Source: an uncultured Psychrosphaera sp.
GTDB taxonomy: Bacteria > Pseudomonadota > Gammaproteobacteria > Enterobacterales > Alteromonadaceae
Direction: 5' to 3'
Length of the DNA stretch: 40,932 bases
Assembly: GCA_963925625.1 (NCBI GenBank)
Contig: CAWUUQ010000043.1
Span: forward strand, 1-40,932
Position numbers and translations under genes: made by a program. The notes below the pieces were generated by a model. The model searched no databases. It saw only the letters and a program-made list of their open reading frames with translations, and was not told where the DNA came from. Positions 21,066 through 31,920 of this stretch are shown one piece after another. Every line of letters begins with the position of its first letter. Position 1 is the stretch's first letter.

Positions 21066-21205
21066 TTCAGAATTAAAAACATGAATTAGAATTAATACTC
21101 TATTTCTGCGTCTTTTAAAAGCACTGATTTGCACGTCGTTAATACTTAGCATCTAAAACAACAGTATGTTCAGTATCTGGCGATGCTTTTCAGGAATAGA
21201 ATACG

Positions 21206-21859
21206 TTATTTAATTTTTACGCCTTCAGAACTCCCAATCACTACATGATCTGCGCCTCTATGTGCAAACAAGCCATTGGTAACAACACCAACAATATTGT
21301 TTAGTTGTTCTTCTAGTTTTCTAGGTTGGGCGATTTTCATATCGTAAACATCGAGTATTACATTGCCATTGTCAGTAACTACACCTTCACGATAGACAGG
21401 GCTACCACCAAGCTTAACGATTTCACGTGCAACATAACTGCGAGCCATAGGAATAACTTCTACTGGTAATGGGAATTCACCTAAAAAATGTACAAGCTTG
21501 CTGTCATCAACAATACAAACGAAGGTTTTAGCTACAGCAGCGACAATTTTTTCACGTGTAAGTGCAGCACCGCCGCCTTTTATCATGGCATTGTCTTCAT
21601 TAATTTCGTCGGCTCCGTCTACATAAACGTCTAGGTCAGCAACACTATTTAAATCAAATACTTCAATACCATGACTTTTTAATCGTACAGTTGATGCTTC
21701 CGAACTTGAAACGGCACCAACGATTTTGTGTTTTATTGTCGCAAGTCCGTCTATGAAGTGATTTACCGTAGAACCAGTACCAACTCCAACAACGGTATCG
21801 GATTTAATATAATCGAGTGCGGCGAGTGCAGCGGCTTTTTTCATTTCATCTTGGGTCAT
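21206..21859 (-). CDS. rpiA: Ribose-5-phosphate isomerase A
   Basis: [28 protein letters not shown]. Confidence 0.97.
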   Translation of the reverse strand: MTQDEMKKAAALAALDYIKSDTVVGVGTGSTVNHFIDGLATIKHKIVGAVSSSEASTVRLKSHGIEVFDLNSVADLDVYVDGADEINEDNAMIKGGGAALTREKIVAAVAKTFVCIVDDSKLVHFLGEFPLPVEVIPMARSYVAREIVKLGGSPVYREGVVTDNGNVILDVYDMKIAQPRKLEEQLNNIVGVVTNGLFAHRGADHVVIGSSEGVKIK

Positions 21860-22451
21860 TGTATTCTCTTTGTATTTGAAGTTTTTGGGTCGGCGTTAAA
21901 ATCATATCTCACGGCACGTCCCAAGACTGGTTGGGTAAACTGTCTACTTGTTGACAATCATGAGCTAGACCTACCAATAGCGGTCTAGCGTTGAGCTGGT
22001 TTACGTGAGCTAATGTACGGTCATAATATCCACCACCCATACCTAAGCGATTGCCCGAATGGTCAAATGCCACCAGTGGCAGAAATATAATATTTATATC
22101 TTCAAGGATAGTAGTGGATTGAGAATTTAGAGCTGGTTCAACAATGCCATACTTATTGCTCGTCCACTTTGTTAATCGATTAACAGACTGAAAATTTAAG
22201 TAACCTTTGCAAAAGGGGTGTAACACAGGAAAGTGTAGTTCAATTTCACGGTCTCTTAATGTATCAATAAGATGACTTGTATCAATCTCTCCATCATTCG
22301 TTAGATAAAGTGCGATTCGTCTATTGATACCAATAAGGCTTAAGGCTTGTGCGGTTAGATCTTTTGCTGCCTCTAATTGCTGTTCAGCCGTCAATGAATT
22401 ACGACGTTGGCGAATTAAGGCTCGTAATTGTTGACGGTCGAAAGTATCCAT
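21846..22451 (-). CDS. ygfA: 5-formyltetrahydrofolate cyclo-ligase; in-frame TGA at 21909-21911, homology continues past it
   Basis: [36 protein letters not shown]. Confidence 0.9.
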
Positions 22452-22454
22452 AAA

Positions 22455-23225
22455 CTATTCGGTAACGTTGTAGCTATTAATTACGAGGTCGTATTGTTCA
22501 ACCCCTTTTTTCATTCGCCAAAGTCTAGCCAAAGTGAAGTTTAGTTCTGGAATAAACCAAGCATGTTGTGCATAAAATTTCTTGTCATCATAAATTCTCG
22601 CCACTTTAATGGCTTTAAATCGACCGAAACCTGTGCTGATTAGTTCTTCACCAATAACCTCAAATTCATATTCCCTTAACCTTCCGTTATCGGCGACTAT
22701 CGTATAATTAAATAACTTTTTACCCGCCATTAAATCAAATTGAATCTGGGCATGAAGTGACATTTCGTCTTGCCAACCGTCTTGCCATTTATTTGGCGCC
22801 GGATCACGTTTTGCTTTTGGAACAATGACAAGATCTTTATTTTCTCGAAACTCTATAAAAACATCGTCATCTTTACCGGTGCCTGTTCGTTTATAGGTAA
22901 AGTGAACAGGCGTTACTTTGCCGTCTTTTACTTTAAAGGAGCTTTGCTCTTTTCTTTTATCAGAAAATATCAGCCATTTTAGCTCGCTTTTTAAGCTTAA
23001 TGTATAAGTTGAATCGTCGTTTTTAGTAAGTGCTCTTTCGCCATCACCTAATCGGTCGCCTTGACGGTACATGTCGTAAACGGCCGTAAAGGGCACGATT
23101 CTGAAATCATTAACTTTTGATGTCGCAAAAGCATTTGCACTTACCGCGATAACGGAGGAAGGTAAAAACAAACCAAAAAGCGCAATTTTAAAAAACGGAC
23201 GAATCAAATTATTCATCATTTGCAT
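22455..23225 (-). CDS. DUF3108 family exported protein
   Basis: Signal peptide, 'WLIFSDKRKEQS', 'YKRTGTGK', 'AWFIPELNF'; position after purN. Confidence 0.75.
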   Translation of the reverse strand: MQMMNNLIRPFFKIALFGLFLPSSVIAVSANAFATSKVNDFRIVPFTAVYDMYRQGDRLGDGERALTKNDDSTYTLSLKSELKWLIFSDKRKEQSSFKVKDGKVTPVHFTYKRTGTGKDDDVFIEFRENKDLVIVPKAKRDPAPNKWQDGWQDEMSLHAQIQFDLMAGKKLFNYTIVADNGRLREYEFEVIGEELISTGFGRFKAIKVARIYDDKKFYAQHAWFIPELNFTLARLWRMKKGVEQYDLVINSYNVTE

Positions 23226-23859
23226 AGCCTTGTTCAGGTAAAAGGTTGTTGTCTAAATATACGCCATCTGATTGTAAACGTAACCTTTTTTCACACAACC
23301 ATTTTACTACTAACGGATAAATCAAATGTTCTTGGACATGGACACGTTCCGCAAGAGATTCGGCATTGTCGTCTTCAAACACTGGAACTTTAGCTTGTAA
23401 AATCACTGGCCCGCCATCAAGTTGTTCGTTAACAAAATGAACACTGCAACCATGTTCCTTGTCACCTGCATCTAAAGCTCGTTGGTGAGTATTCAATCCT
23501 TGATACTTAGGCAATAGAGAAGGGTGAACATTAACAAGTCGACCAGAAAATTGCTCAACAAATTTAGCGGTTAAAATACGCATGAATCCAGCTAATACCA
23601 CAACGTCGGGTTGGTGTTCTTCAATTGCCTTGGCTAAAACTGCATCATATTCGTCACGACTTTCATAGTCATTGTGGTTAATGACTTGATTCGTTATGCC
23701 GTGATTTTCAGCTCGTTGCAGTCCAAAAGCATTCGGTTTATTTGAAATAACCGCAACAACGGATCCAGGGATCCGCGCTGCGTCAGCTTCATCTAATATT
23801 GCTTGTAAGTTAGAACCGTTGCCTGAAATAAGAACTACTATCTTTGCTAATTTAGTCAC
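23209..23859 (-). CDS. purN: Phosphoribosylglycinamide formyltransferase
   Basis: LISGNGSNLQA, LAGFMRIL, NVHPSLLP, LDGGPVILQ. Confidence 0.97.
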   Translation of the reverse strand: MTKLAKIVVLISGNGSNLQAILDEADAARIPGSVVAVISNKPNAFGLQRAENHGITNQVINHNDYESRDEYDAVLAKAIEEHQPDVVVLAGFMRILTAKFVEQFSGRLVNVHPSLLPKYQGLNTHQRALDAGDKEHGCSVHFVNEQLDGGPVILQAKVPVFEDDNAESLAERVHVQEHLIYPLVVKWLCEKRLRLQSDGVYLDNNLLPEQGYANDE

Positions 23860-23862
23860 AAC

Positions 23863-24906
23863 TTACGCCTTAATAATATCAACTTGTTCTTCTGAGTCAC
23901 TAGCTGCTTGTATTTCACCAATGTGCCATGCGTTTTCGCCGGCTTGTTTTAGAATCGCTAAACTTGACTCCAAGTCTTGTTCTGCAACAACAATCACCAT
24001 ACCAACACCACAGTTAAAAGTACGATACATTTCATGACGTTCAATGTTGCCATTCTCTTGTAACCAGTCAAAGACTGCAGGCCATTGCCATGTATTTTCA
24101 TTAACAACTGCTTTGGTAGATGCAGGCAATACACGTGGAATGTTTTCCCAAAAACCACCGCCAGTAATATGTGATAAGGCATGCACATCAATCTGCTTTA
24201 GTAACTCAAGAACTGGTTTTACATAAATTTGTGTAGGTGCCATTAAATGATCAGCAAGTGGTTTTCCATGGAATTCAGCATTCAAATCGGCACCAGAAAC
24301 TTCAATTACTTTACGAATAAGTGAATAACCATTTGAATGCGGGCCTGATGAACCTAAAGCAATCAATTGGTCGCCAGGTTTTACTTTGGTTCCGTCAATT
24401 ACTTTTGACTTTTCAACAATACCAACACAGAACCCAGCCATGTCATAATCATCACCTTCATACATGCCTGGCATTTCAGCAGTTTCACCACCAATAAGTG
24501 AACATCCTGACAACACACAGCCATCTGCAATGCCGCCAACAACATCAGCCGCTACATCAACATTCAATTTTCCCGTAGCGTAATAATCTAGGAAAAACAG
24601 AGGTTCAGCGCCTTGTACAATTAAATCATTGACACACATAGCAACTAAATCAATACCCACAGTATCGTGTCTTTTTAAATCAATGGCTAATCGTAGTTTA
24701 GTACCTACACCGTCCGTTCCAGCTACTAATAACGGTTCTTTGTAACCACTCGGAAGTTGGCATAACGCACCAAATCCGCCAAGTCCGCCCATTACTTCTG
24801 GTCGTTTAGTACGTTTTACAGCACCTTTAATACGTTCAACTAACGCATTACCTGCATCAATATCTACACCAGCGTCTTTGTAACTTAAAGATTGATTGTT
24901 GCTCAA
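23863..24906 (-). CDS. purM: AIR synthetase (phosphoribosylformylglycinamidine cyclo-ligase)
   Basis: [45 protein letters not shown]; TTG start with SD GAGGA. Confidence 0.98.
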   Translation of the reverse strand: MSNNQSLSYKDAGVDIDAGNALVERIKGAVKRTKRPEVMGGLGGFGALCQLPSGYKEPLLVAGTDGVGTKLRLAIDLKRHDTVGIDLVAMCVNDLIVQGAEPLFFLDYYATGKLNVDVAADVVGGIADGCVLSGCSLIGGETAEMPGMYEGDDYDMAGFCVGIVEKSKVIDGTKVKPGDQLIALGSSGPHSNGYSLIRKVIEVSGADLNAEFHGKPLADHLMAPTQIYVKPVLELLKQIDVHALSHITGGGFWENIPRVLPASTKAVVNENTWQWPAVFDWLQENGNIERHEMYRTFNCGVGMVIVVAEQDLESSLAILKQAGENAWHIGEIQAASDSEEQVDIIKA

Positions 24907-25211
24907 TGTCTTGTCCTCAAAAGTGGGGTGGGGGTTGGCTGTAGCGCCAAATTTAATCTTAATGTCGACAGGTTAAATTGTCGGGTATTCAGTGTTTTTG
25001 CTCTAGAATTAGGCTGTGTTTCTAATGTAACGTTAACTAGTGTATCAGTTGAGACCTGAATTGTTAGCTGGTTACATAGATTGCCGTGTAACCTGTCACA
25101 TTGTTTTAAATAAAGAGGTGAATGTTTTGTTTGGTAATCACTGTCAGCATCAACCATCATTTGCAAAGTTTGCCATTGTTCGATAGTTGATTTAGAACGA
25201 CAGAGAGGCAT
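24903..25211 (-). CDS. Possible 102-aa orphan ORF filling the cmoB-purM gap
   Basis: ATG 25211 with AGGA upstream; stop overlaps the purM TTG; no recognisable motif. Confidence 0.2.
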   Translation of the reverse strand: MPLCRSKSTIEQWQTLQMMVDADSDYQTKHSPLYLKQCDRLHGNLCNQLTIQVSTDTLVNVTLETQPNSRAKTLNTRQFNLSTLRLNLALQPTPTPLLRTRH

Positions 25212-25219
25212 GATAGTTC

Positions 25220-26188
25220 CTAAGCGCTGGCGACAATAATGGCGCGAAGAGGAGCGGGATAACCCTCTATCGTTTTGTTTGGGTCGTTGGGGTCTAAAAA
25301 GTCTTCTAAGGACTCTGTGTCTATCCAATCAGTTTTACGTTGTTCGTCCTGCGTAGTCTGATCAATGTTGACCAGTCTAATATTGCTAAAGCCAACTTTT
25401 TTAAGCCAACCTTCTAACGCTTTTGCACTTGGGATAAACCAAACGTTCTTCATTTTCGCGTATCGGTCTTCAGGTACTAATACTGTATTTTCATCACCCT
25501 CAATAATTAGGGTCTCTAAAACGAGCTCTCCACCTTTAACTAACTGCGCTTTTAACTGCTGAAGAAAGTCGATAGGAGATTTTCGGTGATACAAAACACC
25601 CATTGAAAATACAGTATCAAAAGACTGCAGTTTAGGAAGGTCGTCAATTCCAATCGGTAATAGGTTAACGCTAGGGTCTTGAATGAAGTGTTGAACCGCC
25701 ATAAATTGCGCAAAAAATAATTGAGTTGGGTCGATGCCAACAACAAATTTTGCATCTTGGCCTTTCATTCGCCACAAGTGATATCCACTGCCACAACCAA
25801 CATCTAAGACAAAGCGGTCTTTTAAATCTGAAATATAAGGTGTTAAACGATCCCATTTAAAATCTGAACGCCATTCAGTGTCAACATGAATACCATGCAA
25901 ATGATATGGGCCTTTGCGCCAAGGTTTAAGCTGCATTAAATGATGAATTGTTTTTTTCTGTAAACCTTCAGAAAGCTCAGACTCACCGTTTACTTCAACA
26001 CGGTCAATGAGGTTTACATTTTTAGATTCTAAAGTGGGAAGTAGGTCAATGTTTTTCATCCACAGCTTATATTCGCCGTGCAAGTTAGAGGTGTGCCAGT
26101 CGTTAAGCTGCTTTGGCAAAGATTCAAGCCAATGTGATAATCTGTTTTGCGCTATTTGACTATAAAAGCCATTAAAAATATCAGTCAT
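25220..26188 (-). CDS. cmoB: tRNA U34 carboxymethyltransferase
   Basis: [53 protein letters not shown]. Confidence 0.97.
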   Translation of the reverse strand: MTDIFNGFYSQIAQNRLSHWLESLPKQLNDWHTSNLHGEYKLWMKNIDLLPTLESKNVNLIDRVEVNGESELSEGLQKKTIHHLMQLKPWRKGPYHLHGIHVDTEWRSDFKWDRLTPYISDLKDRFVLDVGCGSGYHLWRMKGQDAKFVVGIDPTQLFFAQFMAVQHFIQDPSVNLLPIGIDDLPKLQSFDTVFSMGVLYHRKSPIDFLQQLKAQLVKGGELVLETLIIEGDENTVLVPEDRYAKMKNVWFIPSAKALEGWLKKVGFSNIRLVNIDQTTQDEQRKTDWIDTESLEDFLDPNDPNKTIEGYPAPLRAIIVASA

Positions 26189-26206
26189 GAAATTGCTACT
26201 GCTTAT

Positions 26207-26932
26207 CTAGTTTTTTATCGCTAAAAAAGAACCAAAATCAAAACATTGATACCAACAGGTTACGTGGTCAAAGCCGATGCCTTTTAATCGCGTCAAATGG
26301 TCATCGTATTTATCAATTTTCATCACGTTCTCGATGGCACTTCGTTTCTGACTAATTTCAAGCTCGCTATAACCATTGGCTCGCTTAAAGTCTAAATGTA
26401 AGTCATTAATAGAGTTATTTAAAACTGAGTCGCCTATTATAAACTTTTCCGACAGAATAAACACACCGCCAGGCTTTAAACCTTGATAAATTTTATTAAT
26501 TAAATCAAGACGAGATTCTTGCGGGATAAATTGTAAAGTAAAATTCATTACGACAACAGACGCATTTTCAATTTTTATATCATTTATATCGGCACAAACA
26601 ATATCCACCGGGATATCAGACTTAAAAGAGTTCACGTGAAGCTTACAGCGTTCTACCATTGCGACACTATTATCAACGCCAATAATTTTGCAGTTTTTGG
26701 CATCAATGAATTTTCTCATTGAAATAGTGGCAGCGCCTAATGAACATCCAAGATCATAAATGACAGAATCATTCTGCTGAAACTGTTGGGCTAATTTACC
26801 AATCGAGCTCACAATAGTTGAATAACCAGGCACGCTTCGTTGAATCATATCTGGAAAAACTTCCACTACCGACGGATCGAAGGTGAAATCCTTTACAGTA
26901 CCTAATGGTGAAGCATAAATATTATCTTGCAT
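26207..26932 (-). CDS. cmoA: Carboxy-S-adenosyl-L-methionine synthase
   Basis: VFPDMIQRSVPGY, YDLGCSLGA, NFTLQF, GYSELEISQKR. Confidence 0.97.
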   Translation of the reverse strand: MQDNIYASPLGTVKDFTFDPSVVEVFPDMIQRSVPGYSTIVSSIGKLAQQFQQNDSVIYDLGCSLGAATISMRKFIDAKNCKIIGVDNSVAMVERCKLHVNSFKSDIPVDIVCADINDIKIENASVVVMNFTLQFIPQESRLDLINKIYQGLKPGGVFILSEKFIIGDSVLNNSINDLHLDFKRANGYSELEISQKRSAIENVMKIDKYDDHLTRLKGIGFDHVTCWYQCFDFGSFLAIKN

Positions 26933-27087
26933 GTTTAACCTAATGATTATTATAAAAGATTTATAAGTAAGGCTTGATTAATCAACAAAGTGTTGAAAAA
27001 TTAAACTTGGACTTTTAGCCATAATTTGTTACAAATACACTCGTGAATGGACATTATAATAATAACTCAGAAAGATTCCTATAACCA

Positions 27088-29928
27088 ATGAAGCCGATTT
27101 TAGTCAGGATGCTAACCTTCTTGTTTTGTACCGCATTGTTTTTAAACAACGCTGGTGCCGTGGAACCGAAATTAAATTCTGAAATATCACCAGAAAACCC
27201 TCTTCGTATAGCGCTACCGAATATCACAATTCCTTACCATTATTTAGACAAAGAATTGCCATCAGGTTATGTTGTTGATATCTGGACACTTTGGGCAGAA
27301 AAAACGAATACGCCTATTGAGTTTGTGATGATGGAAGACGAACTTACAGAATCTTATGTGCTTGACGAAAAAGCGCATGTTCATGGTTCACTAGCTAATA
27401 GATTAAATCGAGATCAACATTTTGATTTTAGCGGTGAAGTTTATGTCACACCTATTAATGTATATGTGCACAAAGACTTAGAAATTATTCAAACAATGAG
27501 CGAACTATCTCCTTATATCATTGGTGTAGTGGCTTCAAATAACTTTGATCATATGTTGCTAGACAAAAACTCGAGCCTCTCTAGCCGTTATTACAATACT
27601 TGGGATGAGTTAATCGACGGCATTTTTAAAGGCGAAATTAAGGTTTTTGCATCTTTTGACTTTTTCTCATTTAGAAGTGAAGGCTATAAGCAATTAAGTG
27701 ATTTATTCCCAGCTTATAAAAGTATTAAAATTGGCGAAATTAAAACTCATGTTGCGGTTAAAAAGGGCAACAAAAAAATAGAGGAGTTAGTTGAGGCCGG
27801 ATTTAAATTAATAACTAACGATGAACGACAAACAATAAATGATAAGTGGTTTTCTACTAGAGGCGATGAAAATGAATTGCTGATTAGTATTTCCGCCGCT
27901 GCAGAGCCATTTATGGGTGTTGATTCAGAAGGGCAGGCTGTTGGCCTATTGATAGATGTATGGAAGTTATGGGCGAAAAAAACCAAAACTAAAATTAGAT
28001 TTGTACCTAATACAGCAGAACTTTCACTTAGAGCCATTAGCGAAAACAAAACCAATATTCATGCGGGTTATCCAGAAAGTATGACTACAAACTCTGGGTT
28101 GCCTCGTGCAAAACATATCTATTCAACATATTCATCACTGTTTGTATATGATAGTTATGACTTTAACCTTTCCATAGAACAACTGAATGGTAAATCTATT
28201 GGCCTTTATAAAGGCGCGCCATATCAAGAACAGCTTAAATTGACTTACCCCAATTTTAACTTGGTTTTTTATGACAACTTAGATCAAGCAATAAATGATG
28301 CTATTACCGGTAAAATAGCGGGTTTTGTTACTTCTGCTCAAATGACAAAGCAACGTTTAGATGAAAACAATATTGCAGAGCGTTTTCATCAAGTAGACGA
28401 CATCAGTTATGAGTCAAAAATATACTCTCTAGTAAGCAATAAAGATAAGTCATTGCTTAAACAAATTAATAATGGATTTGAATTGATTAGCCAACAAGAG
28501 TTGGTAGACATTGAAAATCGTTGGATTAAAAACCCGGACGCTCGTTTTTACAGTACTCAAAAAAATAAATTTCGCCTGACAGCCGAAGAAAAACTGTGGT
28601 TAGCAGAAAACCCCGAAATGAACGTGGCGATAGTAGAAGATTGGAAGCCTTATGAGTTTGTGAATGAACGTGGTGAGATATCTGGTATTAGTCGTGATAT
28701 GTTTGAAATTGCGACTAAATTGACCGGACAAAAATATAACTTCGTAGTATTTCCAACTTGGGAAGAGCTTTATTTAAGCTTTAAAGAAGGCCAACTAGAT
28801 ATTGTTGCAAATATAACCGCGTCAGAACAAAGAAGTTCATTTGCCAACTTTACATCGCCATATTGGCGCACATCATGGTCTGTTATTTCCCATAAATCGA
28901 TTGATAACGTCAATAGTATTAAGAACTTTTATGGTAAACGTGTCGCTATCATTCAAGGTTATCAAATAATTAAAGAAATTCACGACAAACACCCACAAGT
29001 GCTAATTCATGTTGTCAAAGATTTTAACGAAGCTCATGAATTACTGAAAGCGGGTGTAATAGACGGTATTTTAGATTTAATGACGGTTTCTGCACAGTAC
29101 ATTCAAGACAATTCTTTGTATCAATACAAAATTCACGTTTTAGATGACATGGGTAGTGACAATGCGCACATAGGCACAAGAAAAGCACTCACTGTGCAAG
29201 CTAGAATTTTAGAGAAAGTTGTGCTTTCCATGTCTGAAGCGGATATTGAAAGAATCTTGAAAAAATGGAATAAAGTGGATGTTGTCGCTGGTATTAAGTT
29301 TGAAATTTATTGGCGGAACATCACTATTGCCGTTAGTTTGGCAACGATTATTATTTTCGTAATTCTAATGTGGAATCGCAAACTGAAAAGTGAAATTTTG
29401 TTACGTCAACATGCGGAAGAAAAGCTCAAACATATCGCCTCACACGACGTGATGACGGGTTTGCCAAACAGAGCTTTATTAACGGATAGACTTAAACAAG
29501 CTATTTCTTATCATGGCCGTTCAAATAAAGAGCTTTCAATTTTATTCTTAGATTTGGATGGCTTTAAACAAGTGAATGACAGCTATGGTCATGATGTTGG
29601 CGATGAGCTATTGACTCAAGTGTCACAGCGCTTGGCACATATAGGCCGCAACTCAGATACCGTAGCAAGGTTTGGTGGCGACGAATTCATCTATTTGGCA
29701 ACAAGCCTAGATTCCGGTATTAAAGCGGACCGTATAGCAGAAAAAATTATTGCTGACCTGACTGAGCCTTTTGTATTGTCTGTGGCTACGGTTAGCATTG
29801 GCGTGTCAATCGGTATTTCTTGTTTCCCAAAAGATGGTCAAGACGTTAACAGCTTAATCAAAGCCGCTGACGGAGCGATGTATGTGGTCAAAGCAAATGG
29901 TAAAAATAGTTACGCCTTTGCTCGATAA
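27088..29928 (+). CDS. Membrane diguanylate cyclase with three tandem periplasmic binding (PBPb) domains
   Basis: Signal peptide; three units (GYVVDIW/GLLIDVW/GISRDMF, each ending in KW/RW); TM; HDVMTGLPNR, DLDGFKQVND, RNSD, GGDEF. Confidence 0.9.
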   Translation: MKPILVRMLTFLFCTALFLNNAGAVEPKLNSEISPENPLRIALPNITIPYHYLDKELPSGYVVDIWTLWAEKTNTPIEFVMMEDELTESYVLDEKAHVHGSLANRLNRDQHFDFSGEVYVTPINVYVHKDLEIIQTMSELSPYIIGVVASNNFDHMLLDKNSSLSSRYYNTWDELIDGIFKGEIKVFASFDFFSFRSEGYKQLSDLFPAYKSIKIGEIKTHVAVKKGNKKIEELVEAGFKLITNDERQTINDKWFSTRGDENELLISISAAAEPFMGVDSEGQAVGLLIDVWKLWAKKTKTKIRFVPNTAELSLRAISENKTNIHAGYPESMTTNSGLPRAKHIYSTYSSLFVYDSYDFNLSIEQLNGKSIGLYKGAPYQEQLKLTYPNFNLVFYDNLDQAINDAITGKIAGFVTSAQMTKQRLDENNIAERFHQVDDISYESKIYSLVSNKDKSLLKQINNGFELISQQELVDIENRWIKNPDARFYSTQKNKFRLTAEEKLWLAENPEMNVAIVEDWKPYEFVNERGEISGISRDMFEIATKLTGQKYNFVVFPTWEELYLSFKEGQLDIVANITASEQRSSFANFTSPYWRTSWSVISHKSIDNVNSIKNFYGKRVAIIQGYQIIKEIHDKHPQVLIHVVKDFNEAHELLKAGVIDGILDLMTVSAQYIQDNSLYQYKIHVLDDMGSDNAHIGTRKALTVQARILEKVVLSMSEADIERILKKWNKVDVVAGIKFEIYWRNITIAVSLATIIIFVILMWNRKLKSEILLRQHAEEKLKHIASHDVMTGLPNRALLTDRLKQAISYHGRSNKELSILFLDLDGFKQVNDSYGHDVGDELLTQVSQRLAHIGRNSDTVARFGGDEFIYLATSLDSGIKADRIAEKIIADLTEPFVLSVATVSIGVSIGISCFPKDGQDVNSLIKAADGAMYVVKANGKNSYAFAR

Positions 29929-29991
29929 TGTTGAGTCGTCCTGCGATAACCAATAATTCCTTCTTTTTTTCTTTAAACTGTATAACAAGCG

Positions 29992-30019
29992 GTGACATTG
30001 ACGGGCAAATCCTTATAAT
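29992..30019 (+). promoter_or_regulatory. Sigma70 promoter of aspS
   Basis: GTGACA-N16-TATAAT. Confidence 0.55.
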
Positions 30020-30091
30020 GTTCGCCACTTTTTAGATCATTATTTCTATTGGTCTTTGCACTAAATTCAACTTTCTAATAATAGGTTAAAT

Positions 30092-31883
30092 ATGCGTTCT
30101 CATTATTGTGGTCAACTCAACAAGAGTCTAGTCGATCAAGAAGTTACTTTATGTGGCTGGGTTAACAAACGTCGCGACTTAGGTGGCTTAATATTTATTG
30201 ATATGCGTGACCGTGAAGGAATCGTGCAAGCGGTTATTGATCCTGATGAATCAGCAATATTTGATGCAGCTAATAAACTACGTAACGAATTTTGTATTTC
30301 GATAACAGGCATTGTTCGTGCGCGTCCAGACAGCCAAGTAAACAAAGACATGGCGACGGGTGAAGTTGAACTTTATGTTAAAGATTTAACTATTCTTAAT
30401 GCTTCTGCACCACTCCCATTAGATTTTAACCAAGAGAACTCGGAAGAAGCACGTCTTCGCTTTCGTTATCTAGACCTTCGTCGTCCAGTAATGAATCAAC
30501 GAATTCAATTCCGTTCAAAAGTGACTAGTGCAGTTCGTCGTTTCTTAGATGACAACGCATTCTTAGATATTGAAACGCCTATTCTAACTAAAGCGACGCC
30601 AGAGGGTGCTCGTGATTACTTAGTACCAAGCCGTACGCATAAAGGCGAGTTTTTTGCGCTTCCGCAATCGCCGCAATTATTTAAACAGTTATTAATGGTG
30701 GCGGGTTTTGACCGATACTACCAAATTGTTAAATGTTTCCGAGACGAAGACTTACGTGCTGACCGTCAACCTGAATTCACTCAAATAGATATTGAAACCA
30801 CCTTTATGACAGGTAAAGACGTTATGTCGTTAACTGAAAAAATGGTTCGTTCAGTATTTAACGAATTGTTAGATGTCGAATTAGGTGACTTTCCATCAAT
30901 GACATACGCAGAAGCAATGCGTCGTTTTGGTTCAGATAAGCCTGACTTACGTAACCCTCTTGAGTTAGTTGATGTCGCCGATATTTTAAAAGACGTTGAG
31001 TTTAGTATTTAGCGGCCCAGCCAATGATCCTAAAGGTCGTGTTGCGGTAATCAAAGTTCCTGGCGGCGCGTCAATGACTCGTAAACAGATAGATGGTTAC
31101 ACAGAGTTTGTTGGTAAATACGGCGCTAAAGGCATGGCGTGGATGAAAGTAAACGATATGTCAGCAGGCATAGAAGGACTTCAGTCTCCAATCGTTAAGT
31201 TTTTAAATGCAGAAGTTGCTTCACAAATTTTAGAACGTACAGGCGCAACAGATGGCGACATTTTACTATTTGGTTCAGATACTAAAAATGTTGTAACTGA
31301 TGCACTTGGCGCATTACGTCTTAAGTTAGGTGTCGACTTTGAATTAACGGAAGATAAATGGGCCCCATTATGGGTTGTTGATTTTCCAATGTTCGAAGAA
31401 TTAGAAGGCGGTGCGTTAACACCACTTCATCACCCGTTTACAGCGCCAAGCAACTTAACACCTGAAGAACTTGCTGCTAACCCTGCAGAAGCAATTTCTG
31501 ATGCTTATGACATGGTTCTTAATGGTTGTGAGTTGGGCGGTGGTTCTGTTCGTATTCATGATCAAGCGATGCAAGCACAAGTATTTAAATTGCTTGGTAT
31601 TAGTGACGAAGAAGCCGAAGAAAAATTTGGTTTCTTATTAGACGCATTACAATATGGCGCTCCTCCACATGCTGGTTTAGCCTTTGGTTTAGACCGTATT
31701 GTTATGTTAATGGTAGGTGCCGATTCTATTCGTGATGTTATGGCATTCCCAAAAACGTCGACTGCGGCTTGTCCACTAACATCAGCACCAGGTGTTGCAA
31801 ATCCAGAGGCATTGGTTGATCTTGGAATTGCAGTATTGCCAAAGGTTGATAAAACAAAACCTGCAGATGATAGCGCTAAATAA
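30092..31883 (+). CDS. aspS: Aspartate--tRNA ligase, split by a frameshift at ~31004 (probable assembly error)
   Basis: ORF1 MRSHYCG...DVEF; ORF2 VFSGPAND...[14 protein letters not shown]; the conserved junction EFKVF lacks 2 nt. Confidence 0.95.
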
Positions 31884-31920
31884 AAGCGCTTTTTGCATCG
31901 CACAATAAAAGGTCTCATAC

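Noticed and set aside
21005-21205. Short minus-strand ORFs upstream of serA as a possible attenuator leader
   Set aside because: No Ser/Gly codon run and no terminator/antiterminator hairpins
24907-25219. PurR box or ZTP/purine riboswitch upstream of purM
   Set aside because: No GAAAACGTTTNC-like palindrome or riboswitch consensus found by eye
25212-25328. 5' extension of the 141-aa ORF 24903..25328
   Set aside because: Overlaps the cmoB 3' end out of frame; only the part from ATG 25211 is plausible
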